A stretch of 62,912 nucleotides of DNA, counting the filler, from Octopus bimaculoides (Eukaryota), in assembly GCF_001194135.2 (NCBI RefSeq). It is 3 parts of 3 records of this genome, joined end to end, with 100 filler letters (N's around TTAATTAATTAA, not from the genome) between each part and the next. Parts side by side here need not be neighbours in the genome. Positions count along the whole stretch, not along the records: positions 28,542 to 54,929 come from NC_068983.1; 2 more parts are not named here. One strand, written 5' to 3'. Within the stretch, counting starts at the first letter, position 1. Every line of letters begins with the position of its first letter. The notes under the pieces are model-generated. The model was not told the DNA's origin, searched no databases, and was given only the letters and a program-made list of their open reading frames with translations. Made by a program: the position numbers and the translations under genes. Positions 37,510 through 50,433 of this stretch are shown here, piece by piece.

Positions 37510-40020
37510 ACGACCAAATAACAATAATAAAGATGGTAAGATACGACCAAAGAATAAAGGATTACCACCATAATAGGTTATTCAGAGTAGAACAGAAGAG
37601 ATTCTATAAAGAAATAAATGGAGGATGTACAGATGAAAAGTTGATACCAGATAACATTGAAAGTCAAAGGTTTTGGAGTGACATCTGGAGCAAAGACAAG
37701 GAACACAAGAAGGATGCTGAATGGTTGCAAGAACTGAAACAAACGGTAGTCTGTCCAAAACTGGCAGAATTAGTCATTTCAGTTAGGGAAGTGAAGGGAA
37801 TCAGCAGAAAATTGGTAGCAGGAAGGCCCCGGGTCCAAATGGAGTTCAAGGCTACTGGATCAAAATATTTGGTGAATGTCATGCACGAATGTCTGCACAA
37901 CTCAACACCTTGTTAAATGCCGACCAAGTAACACCAGAGTGGTTGACAATGGGTAGGACAGTACTGTGTTTGAAAGACATCGAAAAAGACAATATAGTAG
38001 ACAATTACAGGTCGATGTCCTGTAAATTATTGACTGGAATACCCGCAGTGTCAATGTACGAACATTTGGAATAAAATGGAGTCCCGCCACATGAGCACAA
38101 GGGTTTCAAGCGTAAATGCAGAGGTACCAAGGATCCTGATAGACAAAACTGTACTTAGAGACTACAAGAGGAGCAGAAGTAACTTAGTCATGTCATGGAT
38201 CGACTATCATAAGGCGTACGATATGATCCCACATTCTTGGATTAAGGAGTGTATGAACCTGTTTGGGATTGCATCGAATGTTGAGCGATTGCTTGGAAAA
38301 AGTCTGGCGAAATGGAGGACGGACCTGACACCATACAGAAGACGTTTAGGGATAGTAGAAATTAGGAGGGGCATCCTCCAAGGGGACTACCTGTCCCCAC
38401 TGATCTTTGTACTGTGCTTGATACCACTGACACTGATTCTGAGGATAGCTGGGTATTTATTGAAAGGCCACCAACAAAACGTCAACCATTTGTTATTCAT
38501 GGATGACCTCAAACTTTGTAGTAAAGATGAAGCCCAAGTCAGTTCCCTCGTTGATACGGTATATACCTTCAGTGCTGATATCAGAATGGAGTTCGGACTG
38601 AGAAAGTGTGGTGTCTTAGTACTGAAGAGAGGCAAAATCAAATGTATGGACGGGATAACGATGCCGTCTGTGGAGGTTATGAAGCAGATAGAAGAGGCGG
38701 GCTATAAGTACTTGGGGATTTTGGAAATCGATAAACTGATGGAGAAATATATGACAGAAAAAGTTAAGGTGGAGTACTTGCGCAGACTGAGACTGATTCT
38801 TAAGTCGAAATTAAATGGACGTAATAAGATTGAAGCTATCAACACCTGGGTGGCTTCACTCCTTAGATATGGAGCAGGGGTAATCGCATCGACAGCAGAC
38901 GAACTAAATAGCTTAGACAAAAAGACAAGTAAGTTGCTAACTAGATATGAGTCACTTCACCCACACAGACAGACCAGTATGTACCAAGAAAATGAGTGGT
39001 AAAAGGACTTATTGGATGCGAACACAGCATTAGAGCAGAAGAAAACAACATAGCATGGTATGTAAAAAATGCCACAGAACCGCTATTATTAGAAGTAGGA
39101 AGGTCAGACTTGCGTAGGATGAAAGATTGCAAAGATAAAGCACTACACAAGAAATTGAAAACGAATGAAACTGAAAATAGGAGGATAAAGAAAAGAAGGC
39201 ATGGTCAATTTCATTGGGATGTTGAAGATAAGACAGACAGAGAAAAAAGATGGCTGTGGATGACTAAAAGTGATTTTAAACCGGAAACGGAGGCTCTAAT
39301 CTGTGCTGCCCAAGAGCAAGCGCTAAGACCAAACTACATAAAATACAGAATAGATAACACATCAGAAAGTGATAAGTGTAGAATCTGTGGACAAAACGGT
39401 GAAACTGCATATTACCAGTCAATGTGCGCCACTAGCCCAGAAGGAATACAAGAGACGCCTCGACAATACAGTCAGGCTTATCCATTGGACACTTTACAGT
39501 AAGTATGGACTTGACAGAGCAAAAAATTGGTACGACCACAAACCTGAAGGCATCGTCGAAAATAGAAATACAAAGATCCTATGGGATTTTATGATTCAGT
39601 GCGACCATGAGATAGAGAATAGGAAACCGGACATAGTCTTAATTGAGAAAGAAAACAAACTATGCTGGATCATAGACATAGCATGCTCAGCTGTCAAATA
39701 GGTATGCGATAAAGAAGAAAGAAAAGTCGAGAGACATGACAGGTTAGCTTGGGAAGTTAAGCAGTTTTGGTCGATGAAAAAAGTTGTTCTAGCACTAACA
39801 ATTCTCGGACTCCTTGAAACAGTGAGTAAAAATCTTGAGAAGTACATGGAACAAATATGGGCTGCAATAAGGGTGGAGCACTTCCAGAAAACAGCACTGC
39901 TTGGAACAGCTGAATACTCCGGATGGTGCTCTAAAAGTAAGAGGTGTCAACTTAGTTCCCTGGTAGTGAATAGCTGACACCGTAGTACATCTACAGTTTT
40001 AGAAGCTGTGCAAAGGCAAT
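37510..40020 (+). mobile_element. 5'-truncated R4/Dong-clade LINE (RT + CCHC + RLE) flanked by (TAA)n on both sides
   Basis: WIDYHKAYDMIPHSW, RGILQGD, LLFMDDLKL, YKYLG, CRICGQNGET.H, RKPDIVLIEKE..IIDIACS and TALLGTA; several frameshifts. Confidence 0.92.
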
Positions 40021-40022
40021 AC

Positions 40023-40070
<48 letters not shown>

Positions 40071-40268
40071 ACTTATAACTTGTTGTCTCTTGAGGTCTCT
40101 GGGTGAGACTTGGATCCAACTTGTACAAATGCAAAACAAGTCAAACATAAAATAATAATAATAATAAAGAAACTATAAGAAGAGCGTGACTGTTATCGAA
40201 TGAACAATACTTCGACACTTCGTGTGTCTTCCACAAGTTCAAAATAATCATCTGAATCTACTTCAGTT

Positions 40269-40327
<59 letters not shown>

Positions 40328-40459
40328 GTTTCACATTTGGGCGCGAAGCAACAGTTTCTGGGAACATGATAAATCGGTTACATCGAAAGCCATACTTATT
40401 TTATGGACGCCGAAAAGATGAAAATCAAAGTCGACCTCGGTGGAGGAAAAGATTGAGAA

Positions 40460-40775
40460 GTACAAACCACAAAAAGTGAGATTGTGGGAAAGTGAGCAAT
40501 GAAGAAAGTAACTGTCATCTTAGTTGTTGTAGGGGCAGTGGGAGAATTAAGAACCAGGTTTGAGAAATTTGTTGGAGAAACTAGGATTGACATGGCAGTA
40601 GAACGTGTTCAGGAAACTGCTTTAACGGGGACAACATGGAAGTTGAAGTTGGTACTTGAAAGAATCATTGTATAAGACGCAGTGGAACTCTTGACAGCAG
40701 ATTGTTGTCTGTTCTTACAAAATTAACTCCAGCAATTGAAGTCGAGTGCTCTGAGAAATAAAATGATAATAATAA
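40460..40775 (+). mobile_element. Further R4/Dong 3' end
   Basis: KKVTVILVVVGAVG...VERVQETALTGTT, UTR and (TAA)n tail. Confidence 0.7.
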
Positions 40776-42019
40776 TACAAAATGCATCACGTATTTTTGC
40801 CGATCGAAAGTGTCCAACACAACAGTTGTACTAAATTGCTCTGTCTATAGTTGCGGAGAAGTAGGAACCTGTAATGTTCCTCTTGCCATCACTCGCATTA
40901 GTAGTAGTAGTAGTAGTAGTAGTAGTGATAGTTGTAGTATTAGTTTTAGCAATAGTTATGGTTTAGGTCCAAGTTACAGTACAACACTAACGACGAAAAA
41001 TATTCCAGTCACAGCCAACCTTACATTTCCGGGGAATGCTATCCCTCATTACCCGTTGTGTGATTTACCAATCAGTAAGATGCGTTTTCGGAGCTATTTC
41101 GTTGCTTTTTAGGAAGAGGACAGATGAATTCCAACACATCATGGATTCCCCTTTTGTCATTAAAATGACGCCGTGTCAAGGCAAAATCTGAACCTGTATC
41201 TCTTCATTCACTTGACCAAACAACCTATCTGTTCACTCACCACTCTGTCAACTAATGTTAAAAAATAAACCTGCATTTCTGATAGAAAAGAGACGTTAAT
41301 TAAATTCTGAACACCAATAAAATGTTTGCAACCATAGCTGGTATGAGGAGGTGGCTGACACACCAGCCATTCGCTCCTCTTCCCTCTTCTCCAATACTAT
41401 GTCTATGGTAAAATATGGCATTAAAATTTATGATCGCTATTCATCGATTATTCATCAGTTTGTGTATCTATAGTAACACGACGACGGTCGTTTCTTATTG
41501 GCTTAATAAGCTGTACACTGAAAGACAATATATGCGAGTGGTACCATTAAGGAGGAACCGTTGTAAATCAAATGTGACAGATCAATAAGTGATATATTTC
41601 ATGGCACTGCAATATTAATAAACTGTTCGAACGGTGTCAGTGGTATTGTCCTGTTTAGGCTACAATACTAACTATGCGGGCATTGAAAAATATGGAAGGC
41701 TATACATATTCAGGCAGATTTCGCTACAATTGTAAGCCCATACGCTTTCATTGTCAACTGCAAACTACGAAAGAGTGTACAGTTTCATATAGCCGACTGT
41801 ACAATATAAAACACTCATCAGATGCTATGTAGTTTACTATAAATTCCAAAAGATGAAAGTCTGTACAGAAACTATTAACTACGGGAGACTTTATAGTTCC
41901 TATGTTGACTACCGTTAATGCAGTCTTTTACTCTCTGTCGGAATTTTCCTTGCATGAGGAAACGTGACATTTTATTCACCGCTCCCAACAGCAATGTCTC
42001 TGAATCCGTCTTCTATTGA

Positions 42020-42379
42020 TCAGTGACCCGTTTTTCTCTCAGTTTCTGACTCTCCATCGTCAGATTTCATTCTCAGTCCACCAACGCTCTGCTTCCATCC
42101 CTCCTTTCTTCCACTACTGTCCGCTTTTCGAACCCCTCTATTTCTAACTCCAATTTTCAAGATGAGACAAAAATATCTTTCATCACTACGTCTTTTGCCT
42201 TCTTCGGTGAATACTAACAGAGTCTCTCTATTGCTAGATCTCTTGATGTCTAATATCCCTACTTTATGTATCGTCGTTTCCTGCTTTTGATGTGTCAGTG
42301 CGATTGCTATCAACAGCACCGTTTCAAAAAAGGCATACAAAATCAACCACCTATAGATTCCACTCCATTTCATTTGCAT
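42020..42379 (-). CDS. Hypothetical 119-aa ORF with signal-peptide-like N-terminus and basic clusters
   Basis: Non-repetitive ORF; hydrophobic WLILYAFFETVLLIAIALT, then KR, GKRR and RK sites. No homology recognised. Confidence 0.15.
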   Translation of the reverse strand: MQMKWSGIYRWLILYAFFETVLLIAIALTHQKQETTIHKVGILDIKRSSNRETLLVFTEEGKRRSDERYFCLILKIGVRNRGVRKADSSGRKEGWKQSVGGLRMKSDDGESETERKTGH

Positions 42380-43172
42380 GAATACGGTCTGTCTTGTCTC
42401 CCTTTCTTTCTTTCGCTCTCTCTCTCTCCCCCCCCTCTCTCTCTCTTTACTTTATTGCTTTTTATCTGTCTCTATATTCTCTATATTCTCTCATTTAATT
42501 TAACCAAGTGTCGCCGTTTGTACTATAGAAACATGTAAGATTTTGGCGAGTTCTATACGAGTCAAAGATGATAATGAATAAATGATATATACAAGTATTA
42601 CGTGGCAATATATAACGGTAGAAATATTGCTACATTCGTAGACATCTCATTAGTGAAATATATAAAAGGTATCAACGGAAATTAGCAACAAGTGAAATAT
42701 TACGGACAAATGTTTATGGCGTCAAACGTGTTTGAACATTTCCGGTTAATGACGCCTTTTATACTGTTTCAGAATTAATTGATCACACTTGTATAATAAT
42801 GTTGACTGTATGTAGTTCCCAGATTGTGTTGAAACTTAATTTAAACAAATCGAAAATTATAGACAAAATGTAGTAAACAAAATTACATTAACAACTTGTT
42901 GTAAATGCTATTGGTAATGCATTCATATGTTTTCCGTTAATTTACTTCGGATATGTAGTGATGTGTTTGTAACGGGTGGCGATGATCATTGGGAATATTC
43001 GAAAAACACTGAACACCAGAAAAAAAAATACGAATCTTTGGCTTGCTACTACACTGATGATTAAAATAATGTTTGAAGTAATAAATTCTTATATATACAT
43101 GATTACTCACGTACAGACATTCATATATATGTGTGTTTGTGTGAGTGCGCGTGCATGTGTCTATATGCACAT

Positions 43173-43214
<42 letters not shown>

Positions 43215-45475
43215 GTAGGTATGTATGTATGTGTGTGTGTATGTATGTATGTAAATCAAATTCACTTAACTAGTGTTGACGTAAAGTTTCACAGAAAGGA
43301 CTCTAGGACTTGTGTATTCATTACCGTTTCGTATTTAGTAATTTAGTGTCTTATTTGTGATATGATAGAAGATCTAGATAACTATTATTTAGACATATCA
43401 AAGATCTTGGAGCTTTACAGAAATTTTGGCATGTATCTGCGGTTTTTAAAACTGTTAATTGTCTTTGATATGGAAATAAGAAACAATGACCACAGGCTTT
43501 TGCAACAATTGGTAGATTCAGCTCCGAGACACCCAATATACTTGACTGATTTTTCACAAGTTAATCACGCAAAAGTAGTTTATAGTGAAATCCTGTCAAC
43601 GCTTCGCTTGTTCAAGATGGAATTTCATTAATAATGAAATCTCCGACACATAAATTTATCCAAATAACATTCTCATTTCTAAAATCATTATTTAGTAAAA
43701 GAAGCGACAATTTTAGCAACGAAAGTCTTAGGAATAAGGGCATTCAAAACTTTTCTAGAACCGTTAATATTCTAAAACTGTTATAAGGAAAAGAAAAAAG
43801 TCTGCTGGTGATGTCATTGTAATCTATTGATGACAAGGAAGAAAGCTATAATCATTTAAATATTTCATTGTTAACATCTCTGAAGTGTAACGTTCCAGCC
43901 AGATGTGATTTAAAACTAACGGCTGGTGTAAAGGTTGGCCTATTCCTCATGTCTGGTTTACATTCCTTCTTATAATGTCTGATATCACATTACCATGAAA
44001 TTCTTGGCAATTAATTCCAGTACATGCACGAAGTCATTTGTTTTGGCGAGGTGGAAAATTTGTAATTAAAATGTAGCCAAGGTGTTTTGAAATGAAAATG
44101 GAAGGTGGTGGCTGAGGGAACTTCAGTGCTATTGAAGTTGACAATTTTTTACTAGTCTCCTATTTTTGTTCTCATGTTAGATTGTTGTTGGGGATTAAAA
44201 GAACAACCTGGATAAACGATCGTTGATTGTATTATGTTTATCCCAATCAGTGCCACATCCAAACCACTGAAAGAACGAGCCTTCTTTTTAAGTTTTGATG
44301 CAAAATCTCTACTAACTTTTGCTGTTAGTGAAGAACAAAACTTCGTTGTCACTGTCAACCTCTTGTAAACATATGCACGCGCGCACACGTGTATTATTCA
44401 TTGTGCAAGGAAGACATTCTTATATATTACAAAATGAAAGCTATTTAAAAGCTCGACATTAAATAAGCACTATCTTTTCGTGTGCTTCAAGTTGCAAACA
44501 TCTGCAGAGATACGCTTTATCAGACACAAACTTATGTATGGATACGCCCGTAAACATATGAATGGGTATGGGTATGTATGTGTGTGGGTGAATCAAGTGA
44601 TTTTTTTTTTGTGGCAAAAATATAATACTGTAGATATCTCTCAGCGTGTATGTACACGCGGCTACCATGTGTGACAAACAAATACACAGATATATACATA
44701 TATAATTGTGATAATTGTAAATATATATGCATCTCTCTCTCTATATATATGTGTGTGCATATACACACAACACACACATACAAGTTTGATATATTTATAT
44801 AATATATATAATATATATATATNNNNNNNNNNNNNNNNNNNNNNNNNNNNNNNNNNNNNNNNNNNNNNNNNNNNNNNNNNNNNNNNNNNNNNNNNNNNNN
44901 NNNNNNNNNNNNNNNNNNNNNNNNNNNNNNNNNNNNNNNNNNNNNNNNNNNNNNNNNNNNNNNNNNNNNNNNNNNNNNNNNNNNNNNNNNNNNNNNNNNN
45001 NNNNNNNNNNNNNNNNNNNNNNNNNNNNNNNNNNNNNNNNNNNNNNNNNNNNNNNNNNNNNNNNNNNNNNNNNNNNNNNNNNNNNNNNNNNNNNNNNNNN
45101 NNNNNNNNNNNNNNNNNNNNNNNNNNNNNNNNNNNNNNNNNNNNNNNNNNNNNNNNNNNNNNNNNNNNNNNNNNNNNNNNNNNNNNNNNNNNNNNNNNNN
45201 NNNNNNNNNNNNNNNNNNNNNNNNNNNNNNNNNNNNNNNNNNNNNNNNNNNNNNNNNNNNNNNNNNNNNNNNNNNNNNNNNNNNNNNNNNNNNNNNNNNN
45301 NNNNNNNNNNNNNNNNNNNNNNNNNNNNNNNNNNNNNNNNNNNNNNNNNNNNNNNNNNNNNNNNNNNNNNNNNNNNNNNNNNNNNNNNNNNNNNNNNNNN
45401 NNNNNNNNNNNNNNNNNNNNNNNNNNNNNNNNNNNNNNNNNNNNNNNNNNNNNNNNNNNNNNNNNNNNNNNNNNN

Positions 45476-46556
45476 GTGTTCCATTCTAGTTTCCTATTCA
45501 GGCTAGGTTCCTCTTCTATTATGTGTGTAGCTTCAGTAATTTGTCTAAGTGCTGCGTCTCTGCTATGTGTGGATAAGATTTTAATCTCTATGTTGTTGAT
45601 TGAGCCTCCATGTTCTTGCTCAGCGTGCTGCTACAGAACTGATGAGCTCTTCCCTTCCTTAAGTTCCCTCCAATGTTCGTTTGCCCGCTCCCCTATGCTC
45701 CTTGCTCTTTCGCCTACATATATCATTGTCTTATTTCTGCATCGTCCCTCTGTACATCTTATACTATAGACCACATTTCTGGCTTTACAGTTCGTTTGTG
45801 GGCTAAATCTACGTACGGTACAGTTCCTATCAGTGCAGGGTTTCTACTGAAGGGGTATGTTCTACTGATAAGGGATTTAATAGGGTTGCCTGGCCTTTCA
45901 ACAACCTTAATTCTTAGCTTAAGTTTGTCTAGGGCCCTTCTAAAGCGGTACGCCAGCTCGCCTCTAGGGGTGGTGTCGACGAACATGACGCTCTGGTATT
46001 TGTGGCTATCATACCATGAGCTGGCCTTCCCTATTTTCTTCTTAGTCCTTTCTATGGTGTTCCATGATTTGCTCCTATAGAGTGGGCAAATCCTATTCCT
46101 ATCGTTGCGTTTGATTGTTTCAAACTTCTTCATAAAAACAGTAGAAAACACACACACACACACACATGAACAAATAGATAAATAAAAACAAATACAAACG
46201 AACATGTATTAACAGAGGATATAGACAATACAGACACTCCCCATACACACACATGCACTTACAAAACATAGAAACACTCTGAGGGATACGCATGCGTAGA
46301 CACATACAATAGGAATACAAAATACAAAACGGCTGATAGTTAGCAAGGTGGGATACATATAAGAAAGAAGAAAACAAAGGACCCCTGATGAGGTCACAGG
46401 AGGGTGACGAAAGAACTCTGGCCGAAATAGGATTAATGTAATGTAATGTAATATAAAGCTGAAGCAAATTAACACCAAATATACCGTGCGTGTGTTTTTA
46501 TTGGCTAAGCTGGCAATATGACCATCCCCAAGTACAACAACATCTGTTTCAACACA
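45476..46556 (-). mobile_element. Penelope-like element (linker + GIY-YIG, family P3) with an oppositely oriented UTR-like segment at its 5' side
   Basis: VMFVDTTPRGEL...IKVVERPG, CKARNVVYSIRC...YVGERARSIGERANEH...EPSLNR; 46140-46556 carries CTGATGA...GAAA on the + strand. Confidence 0.8.
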
Positions 46557-47611
46557 CNNNNNNNNNNNNNNNNNNNNNNNNNNNNNNNNNNNNNNNNNNN
46601 NNNNNNNNNNNNNNNNNNNNNNNNNNNNNNNNNATATATATATATATATATATATATACAGACATATTATATTAAAATATATACATAAGTATAAGATAAA
46701 AATTTCAGATATTGGTCTTAAACATTCAGACAAGCAAATTCATAATTCAGATGTATCACATGAAGTATTATTCCATTCAAATAACCACAAATTTATATTA
46801 AGACATAGATGTCTTAATATAAATCTCTGGCTGATATACGAGCGAAACAGCAGTTGTTCTATATGCTGGAGCCTTATCTTCATTAAAATTCTTGTGTGTG
46901 TGAATATATATATATATATACACACACACCCACATATATATATATTACACACGCACACCAAATATCAAAACTATATGCTTACCCTGACAAATGATATTTA
47001 ATGAGGAATACAAACGTATTTCTTTGCAAAGAAAATTAGTTTGTCTTCAGCTGCCGTTGTTGAAAACTTGAAGCGTTTCGTTCTTTCCTTGCGTCTTTTG
47101 CTTTCTCCTCTCCTACCTTCCCCGTTCTTCTCCTTCTCATTCTGCTTGTTGTTCTTGCTGTTGTTAACCACGGCAATGATCATAATCATCATCGCGATCA
47201 TCATCACGATCATCCTCTTCATCTCCTTCATCATCATTCTCCTCTTGAAACCCTTTTCTCATCTTCCGTTTTTACAGTCTTTTTATTACATTGTGATTAA
47301 TGGTAACAAAAGTCTCTGATGACGGTTTTATACTCTGAAAGACATTTTTCAAGTAAGATTAAAACTTGATATACATCTTGGACATGTTTTGGAAAGAAAC
47401 ACAAAAGAAACCATAAGGAAGCATATGATAGTTATCTTTCATCATTAGTTTAAAAAATCTGAAGAGAAAATATACGAAACGAAAGATTAAATTATATTTC
47501 ATTATTGAAATCTGCCGGATTTTTCTCCAATAATTGATCTGTATTGTATTTATCATATTTCTTTTCTTTTTGTTACACTTAGAGATTGATTTTGAAACGG
47601 ATATTCTTTAG

Positions 47612-47989
47612 AGATTCAAGTTAAGAGTAAAACAGCTGTGTATACCATTGTTGATACATTGGAGGAAAAGTTTGATTCTGAAGAAGAGAAAAACATTTTC
47701 GCTTTGTTTAACAGGTACCTTTTTAAGTTACCTGTCGACTCGAGTTCGTATCTTGGTTTCATTGTTGTATTACAATGATTTCCCTTGGTTGCATACTTAA
47801 TGCGTGTTGTAAAGCATGGAAATCACAGTTTTACATAATTTTCTATTGTTATCCGCTGAATACCATTGAGTAACAGTTTATCCTTATTCAGCACCTCCTT
47901 CACTTGGTATGGGAAAAGCCAGAAAGATTTAGTTTCACTGTTTAAAATGATCTCCTGTTGCTGCATTTGGGAGCATATTATGTTATTAG
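47612..47989 (+). CDS. Candidate pair of small coding exons (47612-47714 and 47892-47989)
   Basis: AG/GT-bounded, phase-compatible and open when joined: IQVKSKTAVYTIVDTLEEKFDSEEEKNIFALFNSTSFTWYGKSQKDLVSLFKMISCCCIWEHIMLL. No family recognised. Confidence 0.2.
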
Positions 47990-49059
47990 GTAACGAATAT
48001 TATTAAACCAGAGATAGGACGTTAATCATTGATTAATCTATTTTATTTGAAGACTGGTCTTCAGATTGACAATGTGTATGCATCAATGCCAGTATGTCAC
48101 TATATTCGTTTCAAAGAAATTTATAGAGTAAAGATGAAATTACTTCTAAAGTGAAAAATATAAATAAACGTGGCCAATAAGCATGAATGTTGTGTAATTT
48201 GTAAGGTGCCAGTGGTTAGGTTAAAGAAAGATGTCATGTTTCCAATGTGAATGGCAGAACACGTGACTAGCAATAACACAGGAAAAATTCGCTTCTCACA
48301 AAGATTCTCATTTACGCATCAAAGAACATTTTAAATAAACAACTACTAGTACCAAAAATGGTGATTCTAGCACAATTGCATACAAAATTAGAGTTGATGA
48401 AGAATGATGTCAAAGCAGGGACGACAGATGCTGGTTTCTTAAAATATAATTGTGAAGAATATCTAGGTCTGGCTGTGTGGTAAGACGTTTGTCTCCCAGA
48501 CTCATGGTTCTGGATTCAGTTCCACTGCCTAGCAACTCGAGAAAGTGTTTTCTGCTATAACATCTGACCGACCAAAGCCTTGGGAGTGGATTGGAGCCTC
48601 TGTCACATTAAAAAAAAAAAGAAATTTATATCAAATTAGGTAATGTTAATTTAATTTTAAAATTACCAACAATGTGAAAGCAACCGAAAAGATTCAAGAA
48701 TTTAAAAAAAATATTATTTTATAAGAGTTCAAAAATTTAAAATACTTCGTCACTATTCTCATTGCTTATCCACATAAAGTTAAGACGGGGGAATATATTA
48801 AATGGGTGCTTCGCAGGAAAGTGTTGTGTTTCTTTCTAGAGTTCCGTACTTTGGTAACTCTGGTCAATAACCTCTGTTGGTTCTGACTATCATCCGAAAT
48901 TTCCACAACGTCTAGCGTCAGATACATCTCAGGAAATGGTAACCAGCACTCGTACATGCTATATATATTTTTATAAGACATAACACACTACATTGCTGTC
49001 AAATAGTTTTGTATTTCAATTCATATAAATTATTTCTCTAATGTTTACAAATAGCTAAA

Positions 49060-49275
49060 GCAGCGAGCTGGCCAAATCATTAGCACGCCGGACAAGATGC
49101 CTACCATCATTTCGTCCCCTTTTACGTTCTCAGTTCAAATTCTGCCGAGGTCGAATTTGCCTTTCACCTTTTCGGGATCGAAGAAATAAGTACCAGTTGA
49201 GCACTGGGAATCGATGTAGTCGATTTATCTACTTCTTCGAAATGACTGACCTTGTGCCAAAATTTGAAATCAATA
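49060..49275 (+). mobile_element. SINE family C copy with CpGs retained
   Basis: GCAGCGAGCTGG...GTTCAAATTCTGCCGAGGTCGAATTTGCCTTTCACC...AATAAGTACCAG. Confidence 0.85.
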
Positions 49276-49404
49276 TTTACAAATCGCTAAGACCATTACC
49301 TGGCAGAATCATTAGTACATATATATAACTTAGATAGGTTTCGACAATCATCGGCCCAAGCCATGACTGACTCAATAGCACCACCTGGAAAAGTCTTTTA
49401 ATTA

Positions 49405-49830
49405 ATTATTTCGAGTCACCATGGACCACTCAAGCAGACAATTGATGTTGGTTGAGACGTATCCAGCTGTATGTGGTTTATTCGGTATTTCCTGGAGGAA
49501 TTTGTCCAGGTACCGTTTGAAAGTTGTGAGGTCCTTTTCTACTTTAATTTCTTTCGTGACAACGTTGAAAAGTTCAGGACCATTTGCATTGAAGAAATTG
49601 TGTCGCAATGTTCTTATGTGATGTGATCTCGACTTTTGTAGGGGACGCATTGCACGGGGGCCTAGTTTTATGTGATTTGTAAACATAATACCTATATCGT
49701 TTGGATGATATTGGTGAGATATTTTCCACACAGTGGAATGTATCGCTCTCGGCGGGGCTGCAGAGAATAGAGCTTCACCTGTTTGAGTCCAGGCCAATAA
49801 AGAAGTTCCATCATGTCATTTATGTTTTTA
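49405..49830 (-). mobile_element. CR1-clade LINE 3' end
   Basis: LYSLQPRRERYI, NFFNANGPELFNVV and FKRYLDKFLQEIP. Confidence 0.85.
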
Positions 49831-49916
49831 GTGATTGAACTTTGTGTTGCTTCGATCATCATTATGTGTTTTTTTTTTATTTGTAGAGGGACAACAATAT
49901 ACGTGTGTGTGTACGT

Positions 49917-49964
<48 letters not shown>

Positions 49965-50021
49965 CTCTCACGAAGCATTTTGACTCCTCAGTTAAATAAA
50001 GGTTGTAATACGATAATCTAA

Positions 50022-50072
<51 letters not shown>

Positions 50073-50433
50073 NNNNNNNNNNNNNNNNNNNNNNNNNNNN
50101 NNNNNNNNNNNNNNNNNNNNNNNNNNNNNNNNNNNNNNNNNNNNNNNNNNNNNNNNNNNNNNNNNNNNNNNNNNNNNNNNNNNNNNNNNNNNNNNNNNNN
50201 NNNNNNNNNNNNNNNNNNNNNNNNNNNNNNNNNNNNNNNNNNNNNNNNNNNNNNNNNNNNNNNNNNNNNNNNNNNNNNNNNNNNNNNNNNNNNNNNNNNN
50301 NNNNNNNNNNNNNNNNNNNNNNNNNNNNNNNNNNNNNNNNNNNNNNNNNNNNNNNNNNNNNNNNNNNNNNNNNNNNNNNNNNNNNNNNNNNNNNNNNNNN
50401 NNNNNNNNNNNNNNNNNNNNNNNNNNNNNNNNN

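Noticed and set aside
43362-44388. Unique-sequence ORFs 43362-43631 (+), 43351-43557 (-) and 44152-44388 (-)
   Set aside because: Lengths are within chance expectation, with no motifs or coherent splice signals.
46998-47319. Hydrophobic or charged low-complexity ORFs
   Set aside because: Derived from decayed (CAT)n/(TTC)n/(TTG)n triplet repeats.
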